Notes: generated by a model not told the origin, from the sequence alone. A stretch of DNA of 64,000 nt from Bacteroidales bacterium (GCA_038244085.1 JBBRTX010000006.1:20891-84890), one strand, 5' to 3'; counted from the first letter of the stretch, positions 54,153 to 64,000 are shown. Translations and numbers: made by a program.

Positions 54153-55265
54153 TCAGTATTTTAGATAGACTGAAATGGGATAGTGATCCGAGAGATCTGT
54201 ATTGTATCTTTTGTAGCTGAACGCTTTAAAAGGGCTTCCATAGAGGATGTAATCAATCCTGAAAGAAGGAAACTTCCCGGCATAGGTATTACCGAAAATT
54301 CCCTTGCCTGCTTTCCGAAACGAATCATTCAATCCGGCTGTCATCTCATGGTAAGTATAAGAAGTAGGGCTGTCGTTAAAATCGCCACAGATGATCACAG
54401 GATAGGGGGAATCATGAATATGAGCCACCAGGATGTCAACCTGCTGTGCCCTGAGTGCAAAGGCCCTTCGAAGTTTGGCGATAATCTTTATGGATCCGTC
54501 CTTGAGTCCCTCGGGCGCTTTTTTCTCTGTTTCCGTCAAATGAGCATAAAAGGAATAATCGTCATCACCCAGGTTGATCGATTTAAGGTGAAGGTTATAG
54601 ACCCTGATGGTATCTTTCCCGACCAGATGATCTGAAAAGATGGCAAATACATTGAGATTATTTAACCTCAGGGAACCTGTCCTCACGACCGGGTATTTCG
54701 AAACAGTTACAATGGCATTCACTCTTTTTTTATCCTTGATAGTATAATAGTTTTTGTACGCATATTCAGGAAGATAAACAGAGGCGGCAAACTTTCCGAT
54801 GATCTCCGTACTGTCATCCGAACGGACATAAAACTCTTGTATGCAGGCAAAATCAGGCTTTTCGGCGATCAGCAGGTTTGAAACCTCCGATCGGGTCCTT
54901 TTACCGGATTTCTCCGGAGAGATCCCGTATAGACTATGGACATTGTATGAGAGAATCTTCATACTTCCGGCGGGCGGGGCAACCAAAGACCGGAACTGGA
55001 AAGAAGCCAGCAAAAATGTGAATCCCAGTGCGATCGCAAGGATTGAAATCCAGATATATCTTTTCCAGAGCAGAAGCCAGAGCAATACAAAGAGCAGGTT
55101 AACAGCAAGCCAGATCGGATAGGCCAGTCCAAAAAATGCGAGGATCCATATCTTCTCCGGGCTGATGTAAGGCGCTAGGTAGGACACCAGCAAACATAGC
55201 ACAAACAAGAGGTTGATGATGAGCAGCAGGATGGTGAAAAAAGATTTTCCTTTCTTCTTTGCCAT
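54153..55265 (-). CDS. Membrane-anchored endonuclease/exonuclease/phosphatase (EEP) family protein
   Basis: Three N-terminal TM helices, then ILSYNVHS...CIQEF...GDFNDSP...SDHYPI, the EEP catalytic motifs. Confidence 0.75.
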   Translation of the reverse strand: MAKKKGKSFFTILLLIINLLFVLCLLVSYLAPYISPEKIWILAFFGLAYPIWLAVNLLFVLLWLLLWKRYIWISILAIALGFTFLLASFQFRSLVAPPAGSMKILSYNVHSLYGISPEKSGKRTRSEVSNLLIAEKPDFACIQEFYVRSDDSTEIIGKFAASVYLPEYAYKNYYTIKDKKRVNAIVTVSKYPVVRTGSLRLNNLNVFAIFSDHLVGKDTIRVYNLHLKSINLGDDDYSFYAHLTETEKKAPEGLKDGSIKIIAKLRRAFALRAQQVDILVAHIHDSPYPVIICGDFNDSPTSYTYHEMTAGLNDSFRKAGKGIFGNTYAGKFPSFRIDYILYGSPFKAFSYKRYNTDLSDHYPISVYLKY

Positions 55266-55268
55266 AGT

Positions 55269-56183
55269 TTAATTTTTTTTCCCGGAAGACTTAAATAACA
55301 ACTCCTTTTCTTCTTTGGTCAGGCTGTCATACCCGCCTTTTGAGATTTTGTCCAGGATGTGATCGATCTTCTTTTGGTTCTTTATTTTTGTTGCATTGTA
55401 ATCTTCATCACTGAGCGGTCTGCTGTAATTCACAGATGCTTTCATTTTTTTTCTCCGGAACAATGACCCGAATGAACGGGCGAAACCGAACCGGAGCCCC
55501 CATGAAAAGGGCATCCTTCCTCTTTTAAGCAGAAAGATATAGAAAAATCCCCAGAAAGCGCCGCCAATGTGTGCGATATGGCCTCCTGAGTTTGCTCCGG
55601 GAATGGCAAAAAAATCAAAAACAAAAAGAATCAGAGCCAGGTACAGAATTTTTATTCTTCCAAAGAAAAGAAGCTGGATAGAGTAATCGGGAACATAAAA
55701 TGAAATGGCAGTCACAATGGCCATTACCGCTGCCGAGGCCCCCAATGCTATGCTTACCGGAAGAGCCGTTTCGTAAAGCGGGAAAAAATTGAAAGCAAAA
55801 ACATAAAGAAGCCCACCGGTAATCCCACCCAGGAGATAGGTGAGTAGTAATTTTTTTTCGCTCAGGTATTGAAGAAAAATCTTTCCGAACCAGAAAAGCC
55901 ATAACATATTGAACAGAATATGCCAAAAATCAAGGTGAAGAAACATATAAGTCACCAAAGTCCAGGGCTTGCTGAGCAGGGAGGGTATAAATGCAGGTAG
56001 GGCAAAATACCGTAAAACCATTGCATCGGTAAGTTCGGTAGGCTCCCGGTAAAGGCTGAAAAGGACATGAGCTACCTGGATAAGCAGCCAGATGGCTGTA
56101 TTGATAAGGATGAGGCGTGAAAGTACGGAACCTTTCAGGAAAAATTTTTTAACCTCATCCAGCGGGTTTGCAGTATAGTTCAT
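55269..56183 (-). CDS. Rhomboid-family intramembrane serine protease
   Basis: HLDFWHILFNM, GASAAVMAI (catalytic Ser) and HIAHIGGAFWG (catalytic His). Confidence 0.8.
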   Translation of the reverse strand: MNYTANPLDEVKKFFLKGSVLSRLILINTAIWLLIQVAHVLFSLYREPTELTDAMVLRYFALPAFIPSLLSKPWTLVTYMFLHLDFWHILFNMLWLFWFGKIFLQYLSEKKLLLTYLLGGITGGLLYVFAFNFFPLYETALPVSIALGASAAVMAIVTAISFYVPDYSIQLLFFGRIKILYLALILFVFDFFAIPGANSGGHIAHIGGAFWGFFYIFLLKRGRMPFSWGLRFGFARSFGSLFRRKKMKASVNYSRPLSDEDYNATKIKNQKKIDHILDKISKGGYDSLTKEEKELLFKSSGKKN

Positions 56184-56194
56184 GCTTTAGTTCA

Positions 56195-57028
56195 TCATTG
56201 GTGGTGATAAGTCTTTTTTCGCCAGTACAAGATAAGAAGAATACCAAAAATCATTCCTCCCAAGTGGGCAAAATGTGCAACATTATCGCTGGGGTTATTG
56301 GAAATGCCAAGATAGAGCTCTAAAGCACCATAACCGATAACGAGCCATTTTGCCTTGATCGGGAACAAAAAGTAAATCAGTATCATCATATTAGGGAACA
56401 ACATTCCAAAAGCCAGCAGGATTCCAAAAACAGCTCCTGAGGCACCGATTGTGGAAACACTGATCTGCTGCTGGTAAAGCATGGAAATGTATTCCTGCGA
56501 CAGGGCAAGATTCTGCGAACTCATTGGATTTGTTCTCCATTGTGTGACAAAAAGGTTGAGTTTCTCCAGGAGTTCGCGGGTATGCGGCGGAAACTGGTTT
56601 CCGAAGTTAACAAAAGCATCCACACCCGGATTGGCATTATAAGCACTCATGGCTGCTTCGAGCGGGATAAAACTGAAATATTGAACAACCATTTGAACCA
56701 GGGCGGCACCAATTCCTGTTACCATATAATAGGTCAGAAATCTTTTGGATCCCCATACATTTTCAACGAGGTAACCGAACATCCAAAGCGCAAACATGTT
56801 AAACAGGATGTGGGCGAAATTGGCATGTATGAACAGATAGGTCACAAACTGGTATATGCGGAACGAGTCGGATTTGAAATAATGCAGACCCAGTATGTCC
56901 GTAAGGTCCATTCCGAAAGCAGTTCCAGTCGAAATGGTTGCAAGAAAGAAGAGACCATTGATGATCAGCAGGTTTTTTACAACCGGAGGCAGGACGCTGA
57001 ATCCGGTAGGTGAATATTGTTGCTCCAT
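56195..57028 (-). CDS. Rhomboid-family intramembrane serine protease
   Basis: HANFAHILFNM, GASGAVFGIL (Ser) and HFAHLGGMIFG (His). Confidence 0.8.
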   Translation of the reverse strand: MEQQYSPTGFSVLPPVVKNLLIINGLFFLATISTGTAFGMDLTDILGLHYFKSDSFRIYQFVTYLFIHANFAHILFNMFALWMFGYLVENVWGSKRFLTYYMVTGIGAALVQMVVQYFSFIPLEAAMSAYNANPGVDAFVNFGNQFPPHTRELLEKLNLFVTQWRTNPMSSQNLALSQEYISMLYQQQISVSTIGASGAVFGILLAFGMLFPNMMILIYFLFPIKAKWLVIGYGALELYLGISNNPSDNVAHFAHLGGMIFGILLILYWRKKTYHHQ

Positions 57029-57033
57029 ATTTT

Positions 57034-58860
57034 TTATTTGAATTTCCGGTTAAGCTCGTCAAAGCCGATGATCATCATGACTGGTTTCCCATCAGGAGTG
57101 ACATCGGGGGCATTGCAGGCAAAAAGTTGTTCAACCAATCCGTTGATCTCTTCGACCTGTAGTTTTTGATTTCTGGAAGTGGCCAGGCTTTTTGCCAGGG
57201 TCTTTGCCAGTCCGATGTAAGCCTGTCCGCCGGCATCGGCAGGATTTGCCTTCAGGTTTTCGAGAATCTTCTCTATCAACCCGGGAATATCGTTGTTATT
57301 GCATCCTGCAGGGATAGCTTGAACCAATATTGTATTATTTCCGAAATCGGAAATCTCAAATCCGGCCTTTGAAAACTCCTGGAAATGTTCTTTCAGAAGA
57401 CCGGCGTCTCCGGCCGAAAGCGGAACATTCACAGGCAGAAGTTGCTGCTGGGCGATCGGGGAGTTCTTTTCCATTTGAGCGAGGAATCGTTCAAAAAGGA
57501 TTCTTTCGTGGGCATTCTGCTGATCAATGATCATGAGTCCGCTGCGGGTATGGGTCAGGATAAACCGGTTTTGAATCTGTATTGACTGGAAAGCAGTCTG
57601 ACGGTCTTCCAACTCATCCCAGTTCGAAAGGACATGTTGCTTCTCCGGGTCTTCGTTACCCGTGACGTTAAAACGGATATCCTTCAATGGGTCGTAGAGC
57701 GATTGCCAGGGACCGGTATAATTTCTTTGCTGGGAGGGTGGTGGCCCGTTTTTCTCAAAAGGATTGTAATCCGGATTAACCCTGATTTCTGGCTGAGGAT
57801 ATACCCTTCCTTCAGCAGGCGGAGAGAGGCTGATGCTCCGTTCGGTTTCAAAATCGAGCGTAGGCGTGATATTGAATTTCCCGATGGCCTGACGAACGGA
57901 GGAATGGAGAATGGCATAAATACTTTTGATGTCCTGAAAGTTGATTTCTGTCTTTGTAGGATGAATGTTGACATCGATGGTTTTCGGATCAACATTGAGG
58001 TATAAAAAATAAGTAGGGAAGGAGTCGCTCGTGATCAGTTCCCGGAAAGCATTTTCAATGGCATGATGGAGATAAGAGTTTTTGATAAACCGGCCATTGG
58101 CGAAGAAATACTGTTCTCCCCTTGTTTTCTTTGCAAATTCAGGCTTCCCGATAAACCCATGAATGCTTACAATAGCGCTTTCCTGTTCCACCGGCACCAG
58201 TCGCTGGTTATAGTTGTTCCCCAGCAGGCTTACCAGCCGCTGTTTTAAGTTGGATGCCGAAACCTGGTGCAGGATTTTATCGTTATTGTAGAAAGTAAAG
58301 GCTACGGAAGGATTCACATAAGCCACCCTGAAAAATTCTTCCAGGATATATTTCAGTTCGAGTGTATTGGATTTCAGGAAGTTTCTCCTGGCGGGAACAT
58401 TAAAAAAGAGATTTTTGATCAGGATGCTGGTTCCTTCAGGAGTGGTGACTGGAGATTGGCTTTTGAAATCAGAGCCTTCGATCACGATGGCAGTTCCGAC
58501 CTCGTCTCCGATGCGTCGGGTGCGCAACTCCACCTGGGCGATGGAGGCGATGGATGCCAGCGCTTCTCCGCGGAAACCCAACGTATGGATGGCAAGCAGA
58601 TCATCAGTCGTTTCTATCTTCGAAGTAGCATGGCGTTCGAAACACATTCTTGCATCGCGTTCCGACATGCCACAGCCATTATCCATAACCTGGATCAGGG
58701 CTCTTCCTGCATCTTTGATGATCAGTTTTATGCTGGTTGCACCGGCATCAACCGCGTTCTCGAGAAGTTCTTTCACAGCGGATGCCGGCCGTTGAACGAC
58801 TTCCCCGGCCGCAATCTGGTTTGCGACCACCTCCGGTAATAATCGGATCAGATCTGGCAT
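57034..58860 (-). CDS. mutL: DNA mismatch repair protein MutL
   Basis: IAAGEVVQRPASAVKELLENAVDAGA, GFRGEAL and a C-terminal dimerisation domain. Confidence 0.93.
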   Translation of the reverse strand: MPDLIRLLPEVVANQIAAGEVVQRPASAVKELLENAVDAGATSIKLIIKDAGRALIQVMDNGCGMSERDARMCFERHATSKIETTDDLLAIHTLGFRGEALASIASIAQVELRTRRIGDEVGTAIVIEGSDFKSQSPVTTPEGTSILIKNLFFNVPARRNFLKSNTLELKYILEEFFRVAYVNPSVAFTFYNNDKILHQVSASNLKQRLVSLLGNNYNQRLVPVEQESAIVSIHGFIGKPEFAKKTRGEQYFFANGRFIKNSYLHHAIENAFRELITSDSFPTYFLYLNVDPKTIDVNIHPTKTEINFQDIKSIYAILHSSVRQAIGKFNITPTLDFETERSISLSPPAEGRVYPQPEIRVNPDYNPFEKNGPPPSQQRNYTGPWQSLYDPLKDIRFNVTGNEDPEKQHVLSNWDELEDRQTAFQSIQIQNRFILTHTRSGLMIIDQQNAHERILFERFLAQMEKNSPIAQQQLLPVNVPLSAGDAGLLKEHFQEFSKAGFEISDFGNNTILVQAIPAGCNNNDIPGLIEKILENLKANPADAGGQAYIGLAKTLAKSLATSRNQKLQVEEINGLVEQLFACNAPDVTPDGKPVMMIIGFDELNRKFK

Positions 58861-58908
58861 GGTTCCGGCTGATTAAAATTCGTCGTGCTCATTTTCATCC
58901 TTCTTTCG

Positions 58909-58916
58909 CAAAAATA
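58909..58916 (-). promoter_or_regulatory. -7 promoter box (TATTTTTG) for the mutL...uvrB unit
   Basis: TAnnTTTG on the minus strand, 49 nt upstream of the mutL ATG. Confidence 0.45.
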
Positions 58917-59099
58917 CCCAATTTTAGAATTGATCCATCAATGGAATGAGCTAATAGATCCTGTTTTAAAAAGAAAATGATGCAAAGGATTTGTTGTCCA
59001 TATATAATAAAAACTACCTTCGCAAAAAATTGCAAAAGTAGTTCTTGAAAATCTTGTCGTAAGACTGTTTATTGTATTCTATCTCAGGTAGATACTCGC

Positions 59100-59660
59100 T
59101 CAGATGCGATTTCTGTCCAGTACCGGAAAACGCATTTCAGCCAGAAAGAACGCACCATAGAACACTGCACTGAAGAACAGTGAACCGAAGACATCATTCA
59201 GGAAGAATGAGAGGCCAGTGGTGGTATCCCGGAAAAAAGCCAAACCTGCAACGTAACATTCCAGAAGACCTGGGATGGTTTGCGGATAGAACGGACTGGC
59301 AAGCCATGCGGAGAAATTCGTGATCAGGAAAAAGATCACGGAAGACCCGACAGAAGCCATGAAAACCGTACCCACACTAACCCTTCTTCTGATTGCCATG
59401 CCGATGAGTACCGTAACGGCGAAACCCAGGTAAACAGCAGGCATATTTGCATGTAAACCGATCAGGAGATCGCTGATAAACATCGCAGCGATGGGTATAA
59501 CAAAAGCAAAATGCTTTTTCTCGAGATAGGTTCCGGCAAATAATGCCATTGCCGCGATGGGGGTAAAATTGGGCCAATGCGGTAACAATCGCATGATTGC
59601 AGCGAAAGCGATGACTGAGAGAACAACAATAAACCTTGGAGTTAAGGTTTTATATTTCAT
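59100..59660 (-). CDS. Multi-pass membrane protein (DUF6580-like putative transport component)
   Basis: Five or six predicted TM helices. The N-terminus (RLLPHWPNFTPIAAMALFAG) resembles that family from memory; there is no catalytic motif. Confidence 0.4.
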   Translation of the reverse strand: MKYKTLTPRFIVVLSVIAFAAIMRLLPHWPNFTPIAAMALFAGTYLEKKHFAFVIPIAAMFISDLLIGLHANMPAVYLGFAVTVLIGMAIRRRVSVGTVFMASVGSSVIFFLITNFSAWLASPFYPQTIPGLLECYVAGLAFFRDTTTGLSFFLNDVFGSLFFSAVFYGAFFLAEMRFPVLDRNRI

Positions 59661-59771
59661 TTGATATTTTGGTTTAAGTCCAACAAAAATAATAAATCAT
59701 TTTAAATTTTGGTCAAATATTTCACAAAATGTTTTTTATTTGTCTTCTTCAAAATCTAAAGTAGTAAAAAA

Positions 59772-61415
59772 ATGCGCACATTCCAACTATTCTTTATTTT
59801 CATAATGATGTTAATTTCAGCAGCTTCTGCACAGGAAAAGCCACAGGCGGACCTTTTGGTGACCGGTGGAAGAATTTATTCCGTTGATGAAAAAAATTCT
59901 GTTTATGAAGCCATGGCCATCCGGGAAGGAAAAATTCTTGCACTCGGGACCTCAAAAGATATTCTTCAGACCTGGTCGGGGAAAATAATGGATGTCCGTG
60001 GAAAAATCATTTTTCCGGGGTTCATTGATGCCCATTCCCATTTTTATGGCTATGCGCTTGGGTTTCAGCAGGCGGATCTCACCGGAACCCGGTCGTTTGA
60101 TGAGGTATTGGCAAAAATGCAGTTGTGGTCAGCAAAATACCCCGGCGAGTGGCTTGTGGGCAGGGGCTGGGATCACAACACCTGGCTCGTAAAGGAGTTT
60201 CCTGATCGCAAGCGGCTCGATGAAATGTTTCCGGACCGGCCTGTGGTGCTGATCCGCATTGATGGTCATGTAGTACTCGCCAATGGTGAAGCTTTAAAGA
60301 GGGCGGGGATTGCCAAGGAAACCGCATTTTCTTCTGCGGAGGCAGAAGAAAAGAATGGCCACCTCACGGGTATCCTTAGCGAAAATGCAGCTGATTTTAT
60401 GCGAAATGCCATTCCCCCGCCTGATAGAAAAAGTCTCGTTGCCTTGCTCCGGGAGGCTGAGGGGAATTGTTTTGCGGCAGGTCTGACCACAGTGAATGAC
60501 GCCGGTACAGATAAAAAGATCATTCTTTTGCTGGATTCTTTGCAAAAATCAGGGGATTTATCGATACGGTTATCGGTCATGCTGAACCCGACCGAAGAGA
60601 ATGTCACGTTTTTCATGAAGAATGGTGTTTACCGTACAGAGAAAATGACGGCCGGGGCGGTGAAGATGTATGCAGACGGAAGCCTGGGTTCAAGGACGGC
60701 TTTATTAAAGCAGCCCTATTCGGATGACCCATCTAAAAGCGGGATCCTGGCAAACCCAGAAGACCGGATCCGTAAATACTGTGAATTATGCCTGAAATAC
60801 GGTTTCCAGATGAACATTCATGCCATCGGGGATTCGGCTGTCGCAATGGTACTTCATATTTACGGCGATTACCTGAAAGGAAAGAATGATCTTCGCTGGA
60901 GAATTGAACATTCGCAGGTAGTGGATCCGGCGGATATTGCGTTATTTGGTAAATATTCCGTTATTCCTTCCATACAGGCCACTCATGCAACTTCCGACAT
61001 GTACTGGGCTGGTAGCAGGCTTGGGCAAAGCAGAGTTGCCTGGGCATATGCTTATGGTGCTCTGCTGCAACAAAACGGGTGGCTTCCCAATGGGACTGAC
61101 TTTCCCATTGAAAAGATCAACCCGCTGAATACTTTTTATGCTGCTGTAGCCAGGAAAGATCTGAAGGGATTCCCGGAAGGCGGTTTTCAAAAGGAAAACT
61201 CACTCACCCGGGAACAGGCTCTGCGGTCCATTACGATATGGGCGGCAAAAGGAAGTTTTGATGAAGGGCGGAAAGGAAGCCTGGAAGCAGGAAAGTTCGC
61301 TGATTTCGTGATACTGAATCAGGATTTATTGAGGATACCTGAGGAACTGATACCGCAAACCAAGGTACTTGAGACGTTTGTGGGAGGAATAAGGATGTTT
61401 GGAGTGACGAAGTAG
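59772..61415 (+). CDS. Amidohydrolase-family metal-dependent hydrolase (YtcJ/Amidohydro_3-like), secreted
   Basis: Signal peptide, GFIDAHSHF metal-binding motif, downstream HAIGD and DFP motifs; 547 aa. Confidence 0.75.
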   Translation: MRTFQLFFIFIMMLISAASAQEKPQADLLVTGGRIYSVDEKNSVYEAMAIREGKILALGTSKDILQTWSGKIMDVRGKIIFPGFIDAHSHFYGYALGFQQADLTGTRSFDEVLAKMQLWSAKYPGEWLVGRGWDHNTWLVKEFPDRKRLDEMFPDRPVVLIRIDGHVVLANGEALKRAGIAKETAFSSAEAEEKNGHLTGILSENAADFMRNAIPPPDRKSLVALLREAEGNCFAAGLTTVNDAGTDKKIILLLDSLQKSGDLSIRLSVMLNPTEENVTFFMKNGVYRTEKMTAGAVKMYADGSLGSRTALLKQPYSDDPSKSGILANPEDRIRKYCELCLKYGFQMNIHAIGDSAVAMVLHIYGDYLKGKNDLRWRIEHSQVVDPADIALFGKYSVIPSIQATHATSDMYWAGSRLGQSRVAWAYAYGALLQQNGWLPNGTDFPIEKINPLNTFYAAVARKDLKGFPEGGFQKENSLTREQALRSITIWAAKGSFDEGRKGSLEAGKFADFVILNQDLLRIPEELIPQTKVLETFVGGIRMFGVTK

Positions 61416-61432
61416 TGAAGGGTGAAGGGTGA

Positions 61433-61469
61433 AAAAAAAGAGGCTTCGGATAAGGAAGCCTCTTTTTTA
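61433..61469. terminator. Bidirectional intrinsic terminator
   Basis: GAGGCTTC / GAAGCCTC stem (61441-61463) with A8 upstream and T6 downstream, between convergent genes. Confidence 0.8.
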
Positions 61470-61488
61470 TACTACTTAAGGTGATGGT

Positions 61489-62103
61489 TTATTTCAGCAC
61501 ATTCTTTATAAAAAAAACTCCGAGGTGTTCCCCGGCACGATCGTAACAGCTTTGGATTCGTGATCCCGTGTCAAAATCATAACCTGCCATGCTCAGGCTC
61601 TCTTCTTTTTTCATTTCGATCGTTGCCAGTATGGTTCCCGGGTTGGCTGTTTCAACGAGGTCAATTTCCATGCGGATCCAGGCTCTTTGCCTCGTGATAC
61701 CTATGTTAAACCCCGGTTCGGTAAAAGTTGTGCGGCAGATCAGGGTATATTTGGCATCGCGGGCTCCTTCCTTAAAGGTAATGCCGAACTGACCTGTCCG
61801 CTCATTCAGATTCTTTTCAAACATAGGTTGAAATTTGTCCTGTCTGTCACCAACCCATTGCTTTCCCCACTCATCACCCGACCCTGTCTTTTTCTTGTTA
61901 CGGTCAGCAATTCCATTCGTAACATAATCCTGCTCATTTGAATATTTTCCGACCGACATTTTCGCGTAATCAAACTGCAGGTTTACGATGGTCTGGCCTT
62001 TCAGGACTGATGCTTCGCCTGATTTTAATTTGGCCTGGGCTGAAACTGCAATGGCAGAAATCATGAAAATGCCCATCAATAAAAGAGAATTGATTTTCTT
62101 CAT
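61489..62103 (-). CDS. Secreted hypothetical protein
   Basis: Signal peptide MKKINSLLLMGIFMISAIAVSAQA. I could not recognise a family. Confidence 0.4.
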   Translation of the reverse strand: MKKINSLLLMGIFMISAIAVSAQAKLKSGEASVLKGQTIVNLQFDYAKMSVGKYSNEQDYVTNGIADRNKKKTGSGDEWGKQWVGDRQDKFQPMFEKNLNERTGQFGITFKEGARDAKYTLICRTTFTEPGFNIGITRQRAWIRMEIDLVETANPGTILATIEMKKEESLSMAGYDFDTGSRIQSCYDRAGEHLGVFFIKNVLK

Positions 62104-62179
62104 ATAAATAGGTTTTAAATTGTGGTTAAATAATGACATCAAATTTATAATGAAAATGGGGTAGCCCCAAGAAAAAGCT

Positions 62180-63496
62180 TTAATTTTTTGATTTATCGCG
62201 TTTATCGATGAACTTGACAGGTTTCCGGCTGATTTCGGGGAACTGAATCTGGCTGATGGTGTCCCAGGTCTGGAATTTTAATAGCGGAGCTACGCGAAGT
62301 TTTGCCCGGAAGTGGTCTTTGATATCTTTTTCGCGATCTTCGATGGGTTTCTTACTTCCGACGTGAATCAGGATTTCATCGGTCCCGATCTCATTGGTAA
62401 ACACTTCTACCACATAATTGGAAATAAAATCTATGTTGTCAAGAATATCATACAACGCAGGCGGATACAAGGTAGTTCCCTTGTATTTGATCATCTGGTT
62501 CTTCCGGCCGATTACTGGGCCGAGTCGCATGGTGAAGCGTCCGCAGGGGCAGGGATCTGTATAATGGTAACATACATCTCCTGTCTTGAAACGCAACAGG
62601 GGCATACCTTCAATTCCAAGTGTCGTTATAGTGACTTCGCCGGGCTGGTCATCTTTTACCGGCTGGTCATTTTCGTCCAGAAATTCAACAATGATCAGTT
62701 CAGGATGATGATGTCCTCCGATTCCCTGTCCGCATTCCGTAAAAGAAGTTCCCATTTCGGTGGAGGCATAGGTGGAATAAAGCTGAATCGGCCATTTTTC
62801 AGTGATCCTTTTGCCCAGGGTATTGAGAGTAAAATCGGTATTTCTTAGTGGTTCACCGATACAGATGGCTTTGCGGATGCTGGAACTTTGGTAGTCGATG
62901 TGGTTTGCTTCAGCATATTCAATGACCTTGAGAATAAAGGATGGAACGGCAATCATGGAATCTGGATTCACTCTTCGGATGGTATCCCATTGTAATTCAG
63001 GAATCCCGTTACCTACACGAACAATCCCTGCGCCCATCAGCCTGATTCCCATGAAATAAGCGAGTCCGGCCATGAATCGCCTGTCGATGGTGGTCATGAG
63101 CTGATAAATGTCTGAAGAAGACCCGTCGGCACAGGTAAAAGAGATGGCTTCATTGTAGGCAAGCCGTTCCAGGTCTTTTTCTGTCATAGCGAAAGTCACC
63201 GGATAGCCCATGGTACCGGAGGTTGTGATGTAGTCGATGATCTTTTGCCTGGGAACACAGATGAATTCGCTGTTACGGATCTGAAGATCTTCTTTTGTGG
63301 TTACCGGGAGACGTGTAAGGTCATCTGTTGTCAATACCGATGCAGGGTCGATTCCGTTTTTTTTGAAGAGATCCTGATAAAAGGGAGAATAAAGGTTCAG
63401 ATAGTTCATTGCCTCCCGCAGGCGTTCGTTCTGATATTTTTTTATGGTTTGAAAATTCTCCTTTTCGATACCCGGGAAAAACGGATCTGTCTGCAT
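62180..63496 (-). CDS. Phenylacetate-CoA ligase-like (PaaK / F390 synthetase family) adenylating enzyme
   Basis: TSGTMGYP (AMP-binding P-loop), YSTYASTEMG, RFKTGD and a C-terminal KYKGTTLYP. Confidence 0.7.
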   Translation of the reverse strand: MQTDPFFPGIEKENFQTIKKYQNERLREAMNYLNLYSPFYQDLFKKNGIDPASVLTTDDLTRLPVTTKEDLQIRNSEFICVPRQKIIDYITTSGTMGYPVTFAMTEKDLERLAYNEAISFTCADGSSSDIYQLMTTIDRRFMAGLAYFMGIRLMGAGIVRVGNGIPELQWDTIRRVNPDSMIAVPSFILKVIEYAEANHIDYQSSSIRKAICIGEPLRNTDFTLNTLGKRITEKWPIQLYSTYASTEMGTSFTECGQGIGGHHHPELIIVEFLDENDQPVKDDQPGEVTITTLGIEGMPLLRFKTGDVCYHYTDPCPCGRFTMRLGPVIGRKNQMIKYKGTTLYPPALYDILDNIDFISNYVVEVFTNEIGTDEILIHVGSKKPIEDREKDIKDHFRAKLRVAPLLKFQTWDTISQIQFPEISRKPVKFIDKRDKSKN

Positions 63497-63511
63497 TTGC
63501 TTATGAATTAG

Positions 63512-64000
63512 TTACTGGCGATAACCCGACCGGGTCATGTGCCTTTCAAGATTCTCAACAATGATTTTCTTTTCTTCATCTGTAAGAATGAAGATGTTTT
63601 TCTGATACTGATCCATTTCCGACCCGAAAGAAATTATGGCTGATTCAAATTCAGGTGTAAAGGAGAGTCCAAGATCGGAATAAATCCTTTTCATTTCGCC
63701 TATGGAATCTTTCTCAAGATTTTCGAACCGGACTTCAGAAAAATGTCCGGCCGGGATCAGGGTTTTATGTTCTTCAATCACATCAAGCATTCGGGTCAGC
63801 ACGGTTGATACTTCACCGATCGTGGGCTTATGAGCATTCCGGTTCAGGACATTCTGTTGTTGCACGATATTCCACATGTGGATGGTCGAAGGAACTACTT
63901 CATAGGGATGACGAGTGATATGAATAAACCGGGCTCCGGGAAACATCTTCATGAGTTCCCTGATTCGTAATGAGTTGAATGGGTTTTTGGAAACGATGGT
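63512..64000 (-). CDS. Sulfotransferase-family protein (N-terminus outside the window)
   Basis: The frame stays open upstream of the ORF-track ATG to the window edge (TIVSKNPFNSLRIRELMKMFPGARFIHITRHPYEVVPS). The FP.A.FIH..R.P...V.S pattern fits the sulfotransferase 3'-PB region. Confidence 0.55.
   Translation of the reverse strand, partial: TIVSKNPFNSLRIRELMKMFPGARFIHITRHPYEVVPSTIHMWNIVQQQNVLNRNAHKPTIGEVSTVLTRMLDVIEEHKTLIPAGHFSEVRFENLEKDSIGEMKRIYSDLGLSFTPEFESAIISFGSEMDQYQKNIFILTDEEKKIIVENLERHMTRSGYRQ

Noticed and set aside
61416-61440. The tandem GTGAAGG GTGAAGG GTGAAAA repeat after the amidohydrolase stop.
   Set aside because: It has only two and a half units, merges into the A-tract of the bidirectional terminator and has no counterpart elsewhere.

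Overview
This window looks like a chromosomal segment of a Bacteroidota-type genome. Three proteins carry T9SS C-terminal sorting domains, TAnnTTTG -7 promoter boxes sit 10-60 nt upstream of most transcription units, and Shine-Dalgarno sequences are almost absent. It holds about 50 protein genes, two tandem tRNA-Ser genes, one TPP riboswitch and several intrinsic terminators. Most genes are housekeeping: smpB, aroQ, tag, pyrBI, argS, ffh, folD, queE, kup, thrS-infC-rpmI-rplT, ndk, nrnA, uvrB and mutL.

Five things deserve a second look:
1. A 5.2 kb SOS-type mutagenesis module (XRE-HTH/S24 LexA-like repressor, catalytically intact Y-family polymerase, DnaE2-like polymerase; no imuA). It is bracketed by two near-identical arrays of tandem CTCATCAR octamers that also supply the stop codons of the flanking minus-strand genes.
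2. An approximately 800 bp AT-rich non-coding region (47410-48206) with two copies of a 28-bp palindrome and further TTACA..TGTAA palindromes. It lies upstream of an XRE regulator and contains a 59-codon hydrophobic ORF below the ORF-track cutoff.
3. A TPP riboswitch that controls a stand-alone TonB-dependent receptor.
4. An infC gene that can only start at a non-canonical AUA/AUU codon, preceded by a perfect AGGAGG.
5. A sensor-domain-less KdpD-like/KdpE pair placed divergently from kup instead of kdpFABC.

I saw no CRISPR array, transposase, integrase or recognisable defence system. All calls rest on reading the sequence and ORF translations by eye; no database search was possible.
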